Source: Oligoflexales bacterium (GTDB lineage Bacteria; Bdellovibrionota_B; Oligoflexia; Oligoflexales; JAPPIL01). Taken from it: a DNA stretch of 64,000 nucleotides. The translations under genes and the position numbers were made by a program. How positions within the stretch are numbered: the stretch's first letter is position 1; every line of letters begins with the position of its first letter. Shown piece by piece: positions 16,205 through 25,030 of this stretch. Below the pieces are notes generated by a model. That model made no database searches. It was not told the DNA's origin and worked only from the letters and a program-made list of their open reading frames with translations. The stretch covers positions 672,001-736,000 of the forward strand of contig OZ244057.1 of NCBI GenBank assembly GCA_965215515.1, read 5' to 3'.

Positions 16205-19102
16205 TCAACGCAGTAAAATCCCTGTATTGTCGCTCAAGTTTATCTTGTGTGTCAAATAAAGAGGAGTATTTATCTTTTCGTTAATGCGTGGATACTTGTC
16301 TGGGTACATACTGGTAATTTTATCATAGGACTTAAGCATCCAAGCGGTGAAGATATTTCCCTGTTGTGCTTTTTGCCACGCGGCGTAATAGTATTTGTAG
16401 GCTTCATTGCGCAGTGGGAAGGCTGCTTTCTCCATGCGGGTACGGTAGGAGTCAACTTCCTGTTGTGATGCCCCTACTAGCTTAGGGGCATTGAAAATCA
16501 TCGTAGCAAAGTTCTCATGCATCTCACCTAGTTTGTAAAACGAAGCAGTTTGCCAAACAGGGTCACCCATCTTGATGATTTTTTCAAAATCAGCTACGAG
16601 ACGAAGTAATTTTTGCTGCTTTTGCTGCACTATCGTATCGACATGTACCGAATCATCGATGGCTATAACTAAAAATTCGTGCAGCGGTTTAAGCAGCAAC
16701 TTAAAACGTAAAGCTGAAATTAAATCTCTAAATGTATCTGCATGGGCTTGCAATTTATTGATAGCATAAAGCAAACGCTTGTCATGCCCATTGTCGTAAA
16801 GTACACCAAAAAAATCTAGATCAAATTTAACTGTCGGTAAGTGAGGGCTAGCAAGTAAATGTTTATAGATACGCCAAGCCTCATCATGATTACCCGCTTT
16901 GATGTGCACCATAGCCAACGTCACATAAAAGTCTTGTGATAAATTAACAGTGATTTTTTTGCGAATATAATCCGCCGCTTGTAAGGATTCGTGCAACATC
17001 CCCTGATAAAAATAGTAGCGCATAGCTCTCGCTAAAGCTAAATAGCTATGCTTACTCTTGGTAAACTGCGTGCCAAAGGTATAGTAATAACGAGCTGCAA
17101 GCACAAATAAGCCTGCCTTCTCATGTGTGCGCGCAAGAGTCAGCAACGCCTCTTGGCTGAATTTAGACTGCGGGTAACTTTCTACCAGTATGTTATGGCT
17201 ATTTATTGCTGCATCGTTCTCACCTGCCAAATAAAAGTTTTCACCTGCTAAAAACAACGCTTTGTCCGCGAGCTTATCTTCTTCGAAAAGATTTTGATAG
17301 TGCATAAACTGTTTTGCTGCTGCCTGATGCTGTTTTTCTTCCTGTAGCTGTTGAGCGAGAGAATAGTTTGCTTTACGGTAAGCGCTGGCAAGCATTTTTA
17401 TAGCCTGATCAGTCATGCTCGCTTGCAGTTTACGATTAGCATCTATCCACGCGATAATAGTGCGCCAATTCTTGTCGTCAATCTGTAACTTAAGCATAAT
17501 ACGTACCGCCTGCTCAGCCTCTTTGCCATCGGTAAAAGTTTCTAGCAGAGTTTGAAGACGTTGCTTAGCACGCTCGATATTTTTCAGTTTCAACTCCATG
17601 TTTGCCGCGACAAGCAAAAGTTGCCGTGCCTCAGCTTCTTCAGAAAAGAGATGTAAATAATTATCAACGGCTTGCTTGTATTTTAATTTAATACTTGCAC
17701 TCTCCGATTTGGTAAATTCATCCGTGGCTGTGAGAAGTTTTTTCATCGATTTAATAGCATGCAAAGCTGCAATTTTGGTCAGTGCTTCTTGACGATCACC
17801 GCGGTTAGAAATTGCCAGGTAGTGTTGTGCTGAACGCTCAAAATAATTAAACTCATAAAGAATTTCTGCTAATAAAAACCTCGCTTGCAAATAATTTTTA
17901 CTGTCAGGAAAGGTCTTTAGATATACTTGAATGATAGAACGTGCTTGCTTGCGTGCATCATGATAACGTGGATCAGTGCCAAGCTCGTAAAGATGCCGAG
18001 CATACTTCCATATTGTCTCGTTGAGTTTGGCGATACGGTGCGATGTCCGTGCCTGATTTCTGTTACGCAAATACCAAGTTGAACTTTTTCTGACAAAATT
18101 ATCAGGAATCTTTTGGATAAAAGTAACCAACTGCTGATGCTTCCCGCTTGCGTAGAGTAACGCTAATAACTTCTGCATGTGGTCAGGAGCTTCAGGCAAC
18201 AAAGCAGTTGCTTTTAGCAACCTCTTATAAACCGCGACAGCTTTGGCTTTTTGTTTTCTTTTAAGGTAAAGCTGCGCCGTGCGCCGCATAGTAAAGTGCC
18301 ATGCGTCTTTTCTCCCCAGCACAGTAAAAAACTTCTGTGCCGCATTTATATCCCTAGTCTCACTCCACACATGGGCGAGATCATACATTGCATCTTCATG
18401 CAAATCCAGTAAATGCTCATCGCTACTGTCATGTGTCGTGGTAATGGCTTTCTTGAACGCATTGATAGCACGAGGGAGATGTTGCCGCGTGCGACTGTGC
18501 AGATAAAGATAATTCCACGCGATTTTATAGATAGCGAAAGGGTAGGCATCATGTTTGCGGTACGCAAGCACTTTCTTATAGTATTTTTTTGCCTGACGAT
18601 ATTTACCTGCCGCGAACAGATGCTCGGCACGCGCGAGATGCACATACGGGATAATATGGTTGTTGTTAGCTTGTTGGCTTAATTTGCGGTAGTAGAAAAG
18701 CGCATTGTCGTTACCGAGACGAGATAAGGTTAGAGCAAGTTGCAGAGTTGCACGCCGCGCCAACTTGCGACTGCCACGTATTTTAAGCACACGTCGTAAA
18801 GCATTGGCAGCACGAATTAGATCGCGGTGTTGCACTTCAGTCTTTTGCAGATGAATCTGCGCAAGTTTGAACAACAGCTTTTGTTTTTGCACAGGAGAAA
18901 TACCACTGACATTGATGACTGACTCGATCGTTGTCACCATCTTGTCATCTTTCACGCCCTGATGACGAGGCTGCATACTATCAAAGTAGGCGACAAAACG
19001 TTCGAAGGTGGGCTTTATCTCCTTGAGATCAGCTCGTAAATGCTCTGTCATGCAAACTTGCATCAGCAGGATTAGCACCAACCCTCTGCTAAACATAGTC
19101 AT
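16205..19102 (-). CDS. Large periplasmic TPR protein, AgmU/GltD-like (gliding machinery)
   Basis: Signal peptide, many TPRs (YKIAWNY, ARFLLAEILY), C-terminal WQTASFYKLGEMHENF...NAP...YRTRMEKAAFPL...YPDKYP resembling GltD C-termini. Confidence 0.65.
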   Translation of the reverse strand: MTMFSRGLVLILLMQVCMTEHLRADLKEIKPTFERFVAYFDSMQPRHQGVKDDKMVTTIESVINVSGISPVQKQKLLFKLAQIHLQKTEVQHRDLIRAANALRRVLKIRGSRKLARRATLQLALTLSRLGNDNALFYYRKLSQQANNNHIIPYVHLARAEHLFAAGKYRQAKKYYKKVLAYRKHDAYPFAIYKIAWNYLYLHSRTRQHLPRAINAFKKAITTTHDSSDEHLLDLHEDAMYDLAHVWSETRDINAAQKFFTVLGRKDAWHFTMRRTAQLYLKRKQKAKAVAVYKRLLKATALLPEAPDHMQKLLALLYASGKHQQLVTFIQKIPDNFVRKSSTWYLRNRNQARTSHRIAKLNETIWKYARHLYELGTDPRYHDARKQARSIIQVYLKTFPDSKNYLQARFLLAEILYEFNYFERSAQHYLAISNRGDRQEALTKIAALHAIKSMKKLLTATDEFTKSESASIKLKYKQAVDNYLHLFSEEAEARQLLLVAANMELKLKNIERAKQRLQTLLETFTDGKEAEQAVRIMLKLQIDDKNWRTIIAWIDANRKLQASMTDQAIKMLASAYRKANYSLAQQLQEEKQHQAAAKQFMHYQNLFEEDKLADKALFLAGENFYLAGENDAAINSHNILVESYPQSKFSQEALLTLARTHEKAGLFVLAARYYYTFGTQFTKSKHSYLALARAMRYYFYQGMLHESLQAADYIRKKITVNLSQDFYVTLAMVHIKAGNHDEAWRIYKHLLASPHLPTVKFDLDFFGVLYDNGHDKRLLYAINKLQAHADTFRDLISALRFKLLLKPLHEFLVIAIDDSVHVDTIVQQKQQKLLRLVADFEKIIKMGDPVWQTASFYKLGEMHENFATMIFNAPKLVGASQQEVDSYRTRMEKAAFPLRNEAYKYYYAAWQKAQQGNIFTAWMLKSYDKITSMYPDKYPRINEKINTPLYLTHKINLSDNTGILLR

Positions 19103-19301
19103 TTCTCCCTATTGAAAATCCTGACAGCCATCTGTAGAAAGTTTCGACAATTGCGGGAAAAAGCTTAGCGGACCAACCTAAAAAAATGTCTGTGCCACAC
19201 TAACTATCTGATATTACTAAGATGAGCGCTTAGCTGGGCCGCTGGTCTATTTCTTGCTTCTATCTCGATGGAAAGCAGTTTTCACCTGATGATGAGGAAA
19301 G

Positions 19302-19988
19302 ATGATGAGAACGATGATGACAGTCATGTTAGTAGCGGTAACTCTAGGAACAGGTAGCTCCGCCCTGGGCAAATCAGCAGCAACGAAACGTAAAAATTTC
19401 GGTTATCTGGTGCTCGGCACGATCGTTTCTGCCAACAAAAATAACAGCGTAGCACTGGTTAAGCACCGTGCCTCGGGCAAAACCACGGCGGTGCGTGTAG
19501 GGCAAAAAATAAGCAAGAACTTGTTACTGAATGCTGTCAGCAAGAAAGTAGTGCAGGTGAGGCATAAAGGAAAAACTTACCTCATCAGGGTAGGCAGTGC
19601 GGAGGAATTCAGCCCCGCCAGTAACAAGCGTAGCATCGCCCAGCAAGAGGGTTTGCAGCGCAAAAACGATAACGTCACCGTTAGTGAAGCTTACAAAGAT
19701 CATTTGCTGAAGAACGAATTGAACAAAATTCTCATGCAGGCTGCCGCAGTACCTGCAATAGAAGATGGCAGAGTCAGGGGTTTTACGCTGTGGGAAATTG
19801 AAAAGGGCAGTATCTACGAAAAACTCGGTTTCCAAAACGGCGACACAGTAACCAATATCAATGGGAACGAACTTGTCGATGCAGGACAAGCGGTCAAGGT
19901 ACTGGTATCACTAAAGAGCACTAAAAATCTTGCCCTCAAGTATACTCGCAACGGAGTCGAACAACAGATGAAGGTGCGAGTGCAGTGA
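19302..19988 (+). CDS. GspC-like protein (HR domain plus PDZ domain)
   Basis: LVLGTIV...SVALVK, ILMQAAAVP...GF...GSIYEKLGFQNGDTVTNING. Confidence 0.75.
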   Translation: MMRTMMTVMLVAVTLGTGSSALGKSAATKRKNFGYLVLGTIVSANKNNSVALVKHRASGKTTAVRVGQKISKNLLLNAVSKKVVQVRHKGKTYLIRVGSAEEFSPASNKRSIAQQEGLQRKNDNVTVSEAYKDHLLKNELNKILMQAAAVPAIEDGRVRGFTLWEIEKGSIYEKLGFQNGDTVTNINGNELVDAGQAVKVLVSLKSTKNLALKYTRNGVEQQMKVRVQ

Positions 19989-20074
19989 TCAGCAGAACCG
20001 CGGCATGCAGTTCGTCAACGATAGGACTCCCCAGTATGCGTACCATGCTGGGGAACCCGTGCGTCAGGGTAACA

Positions 20075-20941
20075 TTATAGTAGCTGGGTAAGGTTGGTGA
20101 TCACGAAATCTGGCTCAGCTGTCGGATGGTTTGTGCGGCAGGAAGACTTGTCGCCCGCATAGAGTACTGAGTGCAAACCGTTACGATTAGCACTGTCGAT
20201 ATCATTGGCATAATCGTTCCCGACGTAGAGAGTCCGCGCAGGGTTGATGCCCATCTCGGTAAGTTGTTCTTTGGCTTCGACGAAAAAATAATCATCAGGT
20301 TTAGCATAGCCGTGTTGAAACGAATAAAAGGTCAGGCGTTGCTCAAACCACGGAATAACCGCGGTGCTGAAACTCAACTCACAGTCGAGAAAATAGCTGA
20401 TGATAATCGGGGTGTAGAACTGGGCGTTGGAAATTACCCCCAGCGGGATTTGCTTCGCGGCTAAACCTTTAACGGTGACCAACAGATCAGGCTGAGGCCA
20501 GACACGATGCGTCGCGAGGGCGTAAAGAAAGGCGAACAGCTCTACCTGCTGTAGGTGTTTAGCTCCACCGCGCAGGAGTTCCTTCTGCAAAACCTGCGCC
20601 CATACGTTGCGAAAATCGATCTCCGTCGGCTTCTGCCCTCTTGCCCGCAGAGTTTCTGTGTTGCTCCGCAGTCGGTGATAGAAATCGTTCCTGATAGCAT
20701 GACAGTGATGCGCTGTGGGTGGCGTAAGGTCAGGAAAGACATCACCACAGATGTCTGCAATAGCGTCGGCCTGTGCGTCGGCGGTGGTCACTTGCGAGGT
20801 CAACAACGTGCCGTAAATGTCGAATAGCACCGCCTCATAGGCGCGGGGGGGGCGTGACTTAACCTGTGCAGGGACGACCGCCAGTGGCTGTAGACGTTGC
20901 AGGTAACGACGAATTATCGCGATGCGAGTGTCCGATGTCAT
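20075..20941 (-). CDS. HAD-superfamily hydrolase
   Basis: FDIYGTL, ISNAQFYT, AKPD, YVGNDYANDI; GGAGG RBS before ATG 20941. Confidence 0.88.
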   Translation of the reverse strand: MTSDTRIAIIRRYLQRLQPLAVVPAQVKSRPPRAYEAVLFDIYGTLLTSQVTTADAQADAIADICGDVFPDLTPPTAHHCHAIRNDFYHRLRSNTETLRARGQKPTEIDFRNVWAQVLQKELLRGGAKHLQQVELFAFLYALATHRVWPQPDLLVTVKGLAAKQIPLGVISNAQFYTPIIISYFLDCELSFSTAVIPWFEQRLTFYSFQHGYAKPDDYFFVEAKEQLTEMGINPARTLYVGNDYANDIDSANRNGLHSVLYAGDKSSCRTNHPTAEPDFVITNLTQLL

Positions 20942-21081
20942 TACAACCCTCCGAACTGAAATTCTAACATGCGGGCAGCACGACCGACAAGTTGATTTTG
21001 CCCGACAAAACACTTAGCATCGTGCGGACAGCGTTGTATAGTGGCAGAAACGTGTTTTTAGACGCACACGACGGAGGTGGC

Positions 21082-23751
21082 ATGCTGCACGAAAGTCTGG
21101 CTGAGTTTGAAGGCAACTGTGCTTACGAGGGACAGGATTGCAGTTATCTCGACTTGCCGCGTCTTGCCGTCGCCTGGGGGTTGGAGTTGCCGCGTTTGCC
21201 GTTTTCACTGCGCGTGTTGCTGGAGAATATCGTGCGCAATCAACCGCAACAGTTGTCCGCCACCCGCCAGATTTTTGCTACCTGGCTACAGCAACGTCGT
21301 TCTGACGCGGAGATTTTTTATCAGCCGATGCGGGTATTGATGCAGGATTTTACGGGTGTGCCCGCTATCGTCGATCTTGCCGCCCTGCGCGACCACATCG
21401 CCACACAGGGCGGTGACCCGCGCACAGTGACTCCTCTGTCGCCCGTCGATCTGGTCATCGACCATTCGCTGGCGGTCGATCATTACGGCAATGCCCAAGC
21501 CCTGAGGCGTAACATCGAGATCGAATTCGCCCGCAACCGCGAACGCTATGAGCTCCTCAAATGGGCACAGTCGAGTTTTGACAATGTGCGGGTCGTGCCA
21601 CCAGGCACTGGCATTTGCCATCAAGTCAACCTCGAATACCTCGCTCAGGTCATCTGGCACGATCGTGGACAGGGTTGTTTGTGCCCTGATACGCTCGTCG
21701 GCACAGACAGTCACACGACGATGATCAACGCACTCGGGATACTGGGCTGGGGGGTAGGAGGGATTGAAGCCGAGGCCGCTATGTTGCGGCAGCCAATTTC
21801 CATGTTGTTGCCTGAAGTTTGTGGCGTGGAAATTCGCGGTGAGTTGCGTGAAGGTGTGACTGCTACCGACCTGGTGCTGCATATCGTCACCGTTTTGCGC
21901 CGCACGGGTGTGGTCGGTAAGTTTGTCGAGTACTATGGTTCTGGCCTCGATACGTTGCGTCTCGCAGAACGAGCGACGCTGGCGAACATGGCACCTGAGT
22001 ACGGTGCAACTTGTGGTTATTTTCCTGTCGATGCTGAGACGATGCGTTATTTAGCGTTGACAGGCAAATCGCCGCCGCAGCTGGCGATGATTGAGTTTAT
22101 CAGCAAGGCGATGGGTTTGTGGCGGGAGACGGAGCAGACCCCTGTCTATAGCGAAATGGTCACAGTCGACCTCGATGCTATCGTGCCTGCTATTGCGGGG
22201 CCGAAGCGTCCTCAGGATCTTCTCCCTTTGCCCGCGGTTAAAAAATCTTTTCAAGCCCAGCTCAAGGAGGTCTTCCACATCGACACGGCACGCCAGCCAC
22301 CACGTACCTTGAGGCATGGCAGTGTGGTTATCTGTGCGATTACTAGTTGCACTAACACTTCTAATCCGAGTGTGATGATTGCGGCGGGGTTGGTGGCACA
22401 AAAGGCATGTGCGCAGGGACTCGAGGTCAAGTCGTGGGTCAAGACTTCGCTCGCACCAGGCTCGCAGGTAGTGTCTGAATATCTGCAAGCTTCTGGTTTA
22501 CAGGTGCACCTCGATGCTCTTGGTTTTCACAACGTCGGTTATGGATGTACCACTTGTATCGGCAATTCGGGTGATTTGGCCGAGGGGGTAAGTGAGGTTG
22601 TCAATGCGCATGATCTCGTCGTCTGTTCGGTGCTGTCGGGCAATCGCAACTTTGAGGGACGCATCAATCAGGACGTGCGCGCTAACTTTCTTGCGTCACC
22701 TCCTCTGGTGGTCATCTATGCTTTAGCAGGGCGAGTTGACATCGACTTCGAACGTGAGCCACTCGGCAACAATCAGCGCGGCGAAGCGGTTTTTCTGCGT
22801 GATGTATGGCCTAGCAGCGTTGAGATCGACGCGGTTATCGACGCGACGGTCAAGCCTGAACTGTTCCACAAACGCTACCGCACGGTACTGCAAGGTTCGC
22901 GGGAGTGGCAGCAAGTAGGTGGTCGTGGCGGTGTACGTTATCGGTGGCAGAAGGACAGCACCTACATCCGCAAGCCTGATTTCTTCACGCACACACCGCC
23001 TGCGGATTTTGCGAGAGCACGGGTGTTGTTACAGCTGGGCGACAGTGTGACCACCGACCACATTTCTCCTGCAGGGACGATCAAGCCTGACAGTCCCGCG
23101 GGGATCTATTTGCGGGAGCGTGGTATTGCGAGTAAAGATTTTAATTCTTACGGGGCGCGTCGTGGCAACCATGAGATAATGATGCGTGGCACGTTTGCCA
23201 ACGTCAGGATTAAAAACCTGCTACTCGCTAATGTCGAGGGTGGTTTCACCAGACATGCGGACAGCGGCGAGCAGTTGAGTGTTTATGATGCGGCCATGCG
23301 TTATCGTGCCAGCGACACACCGTTGGTGATAGTTGCGGGGCACAACTATGGTAGCGGCTCGTCTCGCGATTGGGCGGCGAAAGGGCCGCGTTTGTTGGGG
23401 GTAAGGGTGGTAATCTGTGCCTCGATCGAACGCATTCACCGTTCCAATCTCATCGGCATGGGAATTTTACCGCTGGAGGACCGTGCGCAGCAGATTACTG
23501 CCCAGCGGCTGCATGGGGATGAATTTTTCCGTTTCCGCGGGATAGCTGATTTACAACCGCAGGGCGAGGTAGTGTGCACTTTCAGTCGTGACGGACAAAC
23601 ACCGCAGCAGGTGCGCCTGCGCTGCCGTATCGACACTGCCAAAGAGCTGGCATGTTACCGCGACGGCGGCATCCTGCCGCTGGTGGCACGAAGGCTTGTG
23701 GCGAGGGGCACGAGCGAGCTGGGGAACGCACACGAAGTACGAACTACATGA
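21082..23751 (+). CDS. acnA: Aconitate hydratase A
   Basis: QDFTGVP, VIDHS, GTDSHT, AITSCTNTSNP, GCTTCIGNSG, TTDHISPAG, GSGSSRDWAAKG; GGAGG RBS. Confidence 0.98.
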   Translation: MLHESLAEFEGNCAYEGQDCSYLDLPRLAVAWGLELPRLPFSLRVLLENIVRNQPQQLSATRQIFATWLQQRRSDAEIFYQPMRVLMQDFTGVPAIVDLAALRDHIATQGGDPRTVTPLSPVDLVIDHSLAVDHYGNAQALRRNIEIEFARNRERYELLKWAQSSFDNVRVVPPGTGICHQVNLEYLAQVIWHDRGQGCLCPDTLVGTDSHTTMINALGILGWGVGGIEAEAAMLRQPISMLLPEVCGVEIRGELREGVTATDLVLHIVTVLRRTGVVGKFVEYYGSGLDTLRLAERATLANMAPEYGATCGYFPVDAETMRYLALTGKSPPQLAMIEFISKAMGLWRETEQTPVYSEMVTVDLDAIVPAIAGPKRPQDLLPLPAVKKSFQAQLKEVFHIDTARQPPRTLRHGSVVICAITSCTNTSNPSVMIAAGLVAQKACAQGLEVKSWVKTSLAPGSQVVSEYLQASGLQVHLDALGFHNVGYGCTTCIGNSGDLAEGVSEVVNAHDLVVCSVLSGNRNFEGRINQDVRANFLASPPLVVIYALAGRVDIDFEREPLGNNQRGEAVFLRDVWPSSVEIDAVIDATVKPELFHKRYRTVLQGSREWQQVGGRGGVRYRWQKDSTYIRKPDFFTHTPPADFARARVLLQLGDSVTTDHISPAGTIKPDSPAGIYLRERGIASKDFNSYGARRGNHEIMMRGTFANVRIKNLLLANVEGGFTRHADSGEQLSVYDAAMRYRASDTPLVIVAGHNYGSGSSRDWAAKGPRLLGVRVVICASIERIHRSNLIGMGILPLEDRAQQITAQRLHGDEFFRFRGIADLQPQGEVVCTFSRDGQTPQQVRLRCRIDTAKELACYRDGGILPLVARRLVARGTSELGNAHEVRTT

Positions 23752-23854
23752 TGTGATGATGCGTTAATCTAGCATCAAAATCGAGCACAAGAGCACACAG
23801 GATAAGAGGCTTTTAGGACAGCTGCTGAATTATCAGGCACTGCTGGAAACACAC

Positions 23855-24184
23855 ATGGATGACAAGGTAATTACCATTGTTATTTCTAACGCTAAAGGAC
23901 GTTGGCGCATGCCAATGAGTTTTCAGGGCAAGTTCGCCAAGAGTGCCAATGCCATAGGCAGCAACGTAGCCCTAGATTTCGGCTATTTGCTGTTCCATAT
24001 GCCCGACTATAGTCAAGAGGATATCATCAAGATATTTCCCAAGAGCCACCCCTACGTTCTGCCGCTGCATTGCATTAGGGACTTGACCCGTGAGAAGGTG
24101 GCTAAATTTTTTCGCACCACCCTGATATTGGAGATCGATGTGCCCGACAGTCAAGAGTTGGCTAGCCCACGGCTAAGCCGATAA
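23855..24184 (+). CDS. Hypothetical protein or gene fragment
   Basis: 109-aa ORF with protein-like composition; no family recognised. Confidence 0.4.
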   Translation: MDDKVITIVISNAKGRWRMPMSFQGKFAKSANAIGSNVALDFGYLLFHMPDYSQEDIIKIFPKSHPYVLPLHCIRDLTREKVAKFFRTTLILEIDVPDSQELASPRLSR

Positions 24185-24457
24185 CGCCACCCTCCCCTTC
24201 CGCCTTGCCACATAAACCCCTTCGCGTTTCAGTATTTTGATAATCGTGTTGCCGTGCTAACTTTTACCCTGCTGCTTGGTGGAGATTTTCATGGTGTTCA
24301 AGAATCGGGCAATGGCATTCGTGCTGATGCCCTCGCTATACATTTGTCTGATGGTGGCGATGGTTCTTTGCTCGCCCTTGTGGTCGATGATCTTGTAGCC
24401 GATCCGCCGTTTGCCGCATGGAGAGCAGATTTTCGAGATATTTCTGTCTGAGCACAC
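24173..24457 (-). pseudogene. Serine-recombinase 'Recombinase' DNA-binding domain fragment with internal stop
   Basis: GKRRIGYKIIDHKGEQRTIATIRQMYSEGISTNAIARFLNTMKISTKQQGKS*HGNTIIKILKREGVY. The TAG at 24257-24259 replaces the Trp seen in the second copy. Confidence 0.75.
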
Positions 24458-24672
24458 AGGCGGAGATTGGCGGGGAGGTGCTATAGGTGCATGATGTCAT
24501 TGATAATTGCTGATTGGACACATTTTCTGTGGGTTGGTTGACTAACTCCACTGATCTCACTCACCCGTCCCCGCTAGGGAGGACGATACATGGAGAGTGG
24601 CTCTTCAGGAAGGTTGATTTTGTTGATGAAAATGCTGATAAGTATTACGCTAGGTGTGCAGGAGGATAAGGG

Positions 24673-24918
24673 ATGCCTGATCAGTTGGAGAGAGATAAAA
24701 ATATAAATTTTTTCAAGGAAAACCTTAGTGGTTGGATTGCCAACATAGCCTACAAGCGCAAGTATGTGGTCATAGCAGATCAGGAGGTCAAGGCTGTGCA
24801 TAATAGTTTCCACGATGCGTTGACCTTTGCTGCAGCTAATCTGGTTAGAGGGGAATTCATCATCCAGCAGGTCATTGGTGAAGATGAGCAGGTTGATTTT
24901 CTAGTGTTGGCTTCTTGA
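24673..24918 (+). CDS. Small protein, DUF5678-like
   Basis: FFKENL...YKRKYVVIADQEV...SFHDAL...GEFIIQQV pattern; GGAGGA RBS. Confidence 0.6.
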   Translation: MPDQLERDKNINFFKENLSGWIANIAYKRKYVVIADQEVKAVHNSFHDALTFAAANLVRGEFIIQQVIGEDEQVDFLVLAS

Positions 24919-25030
24919 ATGAGAAAGGGTAGCCGCTCCTGCCTTGACACACAAAATTTTTTAAACTCTCGCAATCAACAACTTTTAGAGTATCTCCAGT
25001 CGAACTATATGCATGCCATTGGTGAGGTCA

